Shown here: piece by piece, positions 61,203 through 64,000 of the stretch
How positions within the stretch are numbered: the stretch's first letter is position 1
Layout of the letters: each line of letters opens with the position of its first letter
NCBI GenBank assembly: GCA_044376405.1
Contig: JBILKZ010000001.1
Span: forward strand, 24,214 to 88,213
DNA: 64,000 bases
Source: Pirellulales bacterium
Lineage (GTDB): Bacteria; Planctomycetota; Planctomycetia; Pirellulales; UBA1268
Direction of reading: 5' to 3'
Position numbers and translations under genes: made by a program
Notes under the pieces: generated by a model
Told to the model about the DNA's origin: nothing
Seen by the model: only the letters and a program-made list of their open reading frames with translations
The model's database searches: none

Positions 61203-64000
61203 ATGAATCGCATATGTATCTGGGTGTGTCTGGCAGCGTTCTCCGGCGCGTTCTTCAGCGCGGGCTTGGCAACCGCCGGCGAGGCGACGCCCGACGCGCT
61301 CAAGCTCCCCGACGACCTCACGGCCACGCTCTTCGCGGCCGAGCCGTTGCTCTCGAGCCCCTCCGACATCGACGTCGATTCGCGGGGCCGCGTCTGGGTG
61401 TGTGAAGTGCTCAATTACCGTGGCAAGAAAGAGACCCGGAAGGAGGGCGACCGGATCCTCGTCCTCGAAGACACCGATGGCGACGGGAAGGCCGACAAGC
61501 AGACGGTATTTTACCAGGGCCGCGACGTGGATAGCGCGCTTGGCATCTGCGTGATCGGCGAGGGGCCGGGACGAAAGGTGATCGTCTCGTGCGCCCCCGA
61601 CGTGTTTGTGTTTCACGACGACGACGGCGACCTGAAGGCCGACCGCAAGGAGTCACTCTTCACGAAGACGGGCATTCCGCAGCATGACCACTCCGTGCAC
61701 GCCTTCACAGTCGGCCCCGATGGCCGCTGGTATTTCAATTTTGGCAACACGGGCAAGGCGGTGCATGACAAAGACGGCAACCCGGTGAAGGACCGGTTCG
61801 GGAACGTCGTCAACGACTCTGGAAAACCTTTCCGCGAAGGGATGGTGTTTCGCTGCAAGCCCGACGGCACCGATTTCGAGGTGCTCGGGCACAACTTCCG
61901 CAACAACTACGAAGTCGCCGTCGACTCGTTCGGCACGCTCTGGCAGAGCGACAACGACGACGATGGCAACAAGGGCGTGCGGATCAATTGGGTGATGGAA
62001 TACGGCAACTACGGCTACAAGGACGAACTGACCGGCGCCGGCTGGCGAACACCGCGGACGAACCTCGAGGCCGACGTCCCGCTGCAGCACTGGCATCAAA
62101 ACGATCCGGGTGTCGTGCCCAACCTGTTGATGACAGGCGGCGGCTCGCCCTGTGGGATCTGTGTCTACGAGGGAAGCCTCCTGCCGGAACGGTTTCGTGG
62201 GTCGCTTGTGCACTGTGATCCGGGGCCGAACGTGGTGCGGGCTTATCATGTGAAGCCCGCATCGGCCGGCTACGCCGCGACGGCGGAGACGGTCATCGAC
62301 GGCTCGGACGACCGGTGGTTCCGGCCGAGCGACGTCTGCGTGGCGCCCGACGGGTCGCTGATCGTGGCTGACTGGTACGATCCCGGCGTGGGCGGCCACG
62401 GCATGGGCGATACCGAGAAGGGCCGCCTTTATAGGATTGCGCCGAAGGGTTCCCAGTGGAGCGTGCCGACCGCCGACTTAGGCACGGTCGCGGGCTGTGT
62501 GGCGGCGCTGGCAAGCCCAAACCTCTGCACCCGCGCGATGGCGCTTGAGCACCTGGCGAAGCAGCCGCAGGATGCTGCCGCGGCGCTTGCCAAAGCGTTT
62601 GAATCGGCCACCGATTCGAAGCTCAGGGCCCGACTTGCCTGGGCGGCGGGCATGCTCCCGGGCCAGGCTGAGGCCTGGATCGCACGGTTGGCCGCTGACA
62701 ACGACGAACGCTTCCGGATCATCGCCCTGCGGATGGGCCGGCTCACGAAAGGCGATGTGCTGGGCCTCGTGGAGAAGCTCGTGACTGATCCTTCCGTCGC
62801 CGTTTGTCGGGAGTGCGCGATTGCACTGAAGGGCCTTGCGGGCGAGCGGGCCGATCGGGCGTGGGCTTCGCTTGCCGCGCAGCACAAGGCCGGCGACCGC
62901 TGGGAACTCGAAGCCCTGGGCATCGGGGCCGATGGCCTGTGGGACGGCCGGCTCGAGGCCTGGCTGGCGAAGACGTCGGGTCCGAAGGACGCGGTCGGGC
63001 GGGAGATCGTCTGGCGGAGCCGCGGCAGCAAGTCGGCGGCGATGCAGTGCCTGCTGATTGACTATCCCGAGGTCACGACGTCCGAGTCGCTGGCGCTCAT
63101 CCGGTCACTCGACTTTCAGGATCAGTCACGCGTGAACGAGGCCGTTCGCGAAATCCTTACGGTGAAGACGAGACTGTCGGCTGTGCCTGACGAAAAACTG
63201 CGTGTGATCCTGCCCGAACTCGTCATGCGACTCGGCGCCGGTGACGCCGCCGATCCGGTGCTCGCCAAACGAATCACCGAGGTTCTCGGTTACGCGGCGG
63301 GCACGCAGCAGTTCGTCGACATCGTTCAGCGGTTCGCTCTCAAGGACCGTCAGAACGAACTTGTGACGCTGGCTGCCGCCGAAGGCACGAGCGAGCAGTT
63401 GGCAGCGGCCGCAGCCGGTGCGGCGGTCGATGGTGGCGGGGAGGACCGCGTGAAAGCCGTGCTGGGAGCCGCTGATCCTGCCGCAGTCGGCCGTCTGCTC
63501 AACGCGATTGGCATCCGCGGCTCGGCTCCATCGACCGCACTGCTCAAGGGCATCCTCGCAGATGCCAAGGCGACGCCGGAACTGAAGTCTGCGACGGTTC
63601 GCGGGCTGGCCCGGTCGCAGCAGGGAGCAAAAGACCTCGTCGCCATGGCGAAGGCTGGTGAACTCTCGGGAGTCTTGCCGCAGGTGGCAGCCGTGGCGAT
63701 CGCGTCGTGTCCTTGGGGCGATATCCGGCAGTCGGCCGCCGACGTGCTGCCAATGCCGAAGGCCAAGGGGGGGGAGAAGTTGCCGCCGGTGGCGGAGCTC
63801 GTCAAGCGCAAGGGCAATCCGGCCAACGGCAAGGCCGTGTTTGCGGGTGCGGGCACGTGTGCGAAGTGCCACATCGTCAATGGCGAAGGCAAGTCGGTCG
63901 GCCCCGATCTCTCCGGTGTCGGTGCAAAGCTGTCTCGGGAGGCGCTCTATGAGTCTGTGCTTGTGCCGTCGGCGGCAATCAGCCACAGCTACGAGACCTA
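61203..64000 (+). CDS. PVC-type heme-binding CxxCH protein (dehydrogenase-like beta-propeller + HEAT repeats + cytochrome c), 3'-partial
   Basis: Hand translation from ATG 61203 runs without a stop to the window end (over 932 codons), so the ORF is absent from the supplied track. Signal peptide MNRICIWVCLAAFSGAFFSAGLATAGE. DIDVDSRGRVWVCEVLNYRG, WQSDNDDDGN, and the cytochrome c motif GTCAKCHIVNGEG near the end. Confidence 0.85.
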   Translation, partial: MNRICIWVCLAAFSGAFFSAGLATAGEATPDALKLPDDLTATLFAAEPLLSSPSDIDVDSRGRVWVCEVLNYRGKKETRKEGDRILVLEDTDGDGKADKQTVFYQGRDVDSALGICVIGEGPGRKVIVSCAPDVFVFHDDDGDLKADRKESLFTKTGIPQHDHSVHAFTVGPDGRWYFNFGNTGKAVHDKDGNPVKDRFGNVVNDSGKPFREGMVFRCKPDGTDFEVLGHNFRNNYEVAVDSFGTLWQSDNDDDGNKGVRINWVMEYGNYGYKDELTGAGWRTPRTNLEADVPLQHWHQNDPGVVPNLLMTGGGSPCGICVYEGSLLPERFRGSLVHCDPGPNVVRAYHVKPASAGYAATAETVIDGSDDRWFRPSDVCVAPDGSLIVADWYDPGVGGHGMGDTEKGRLYRIAPKGSQWSVPTADLGTVAGCVAALASPNLCTRAMALEHLAKQPQDAAAALAKAFESATDSKLRARLAWAAGMLPGQAEAWIARLAADNDERFRIIALRMGRLTKGDVLGLVEKLVTDPSVAVCRECAIALKGLAGERADRAWASLAAQHKAGDRWELEALGIGADGLWDGRLEAWLAKTSGPKDAVGREIVWRSRGSKSAAMQCLLIDYPEVTTSESLALIRSLDFQDQSRVNEAVREILTVKTRLSAVPDEKLRVILPELVMRLGAGDAADPVLAKRITEVLGYAAGTQQFVDIVQRFALKDRQNELVTLAAAEGTSEQLAAAAAGAAVDGGGEDRVKAVLGAADPAAVGRLLNAIGIRGSAPSTALLKGILADAKATPELKSATVRGLARSQQGAKDLVAMAKAGELSGVLPQVAAVAIASCPWGDIRQSAADVLPMPKAKGGEKLPPVAELVKRKGNPANGKAVFAGAGTCAKCHIVNGEGKSVGPDLSGVGAKLSREALYESVLVPSAAISHSYET

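Overview
High-GC (about 65% by eye) chromosomal segment with typical Planctomycetota gene content. It carries two PSCyt/DUF1553 + DUF1501 pairs, a DUF1552 + DUF1592 pair, two DUF1559 pseudopilin-like proteins, a PVC-type heme-binding CxxCH protein, three ECF sigma factors and DUF1080. Housekeeping genes are interspersed: thrS, glnA, lysS, ispE, rlmN, rsmE, ilvE, spoVG, lolCDE-like genes and sulfite reductase. All protein calls rest on motif recognition in the supplied translations; no searches were run. The left 3.7 kb is accessory DNA. It holds three related attC-like imperfect palindromes, each at the end of a small same-strand ORF (hydrophobic fragment, GNAT, PIN-type TA pair), which looks like the distal end of an integron cassette array. 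Next comes a roughly 50% GC block with three overlapping unknown ORFs, which abuts the 3' end of a tRNA-Val gene. The core region carries at least three families of structured repeats. Family 1 is a roughly 70-bp double-hairpin element at four gene 3' ends, once tandemly expanded. Family 2 is a 23-bp-arm palindrome that covers the stop codons of two convergent gene pairs. Family 3 is a roughly 85-bp palindrome sitting in frame inside two unrelated CDSs and encoding VPATK...DLVAGT next to a hydrophobic helix. Other points worth a second look: a five-gene translationally coupled operon divergent from a ROK regulator, a Cys-rich protein + DUF1559 + DUF4198(CPCC) cluster, a SpoVG with a zinc-ribbon insert, and a large ORF (61203 to the window end) that is missing from the ORF track because it runs off the window. 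No rRNA, CRISPR array, transposase or integrase gene was seen.
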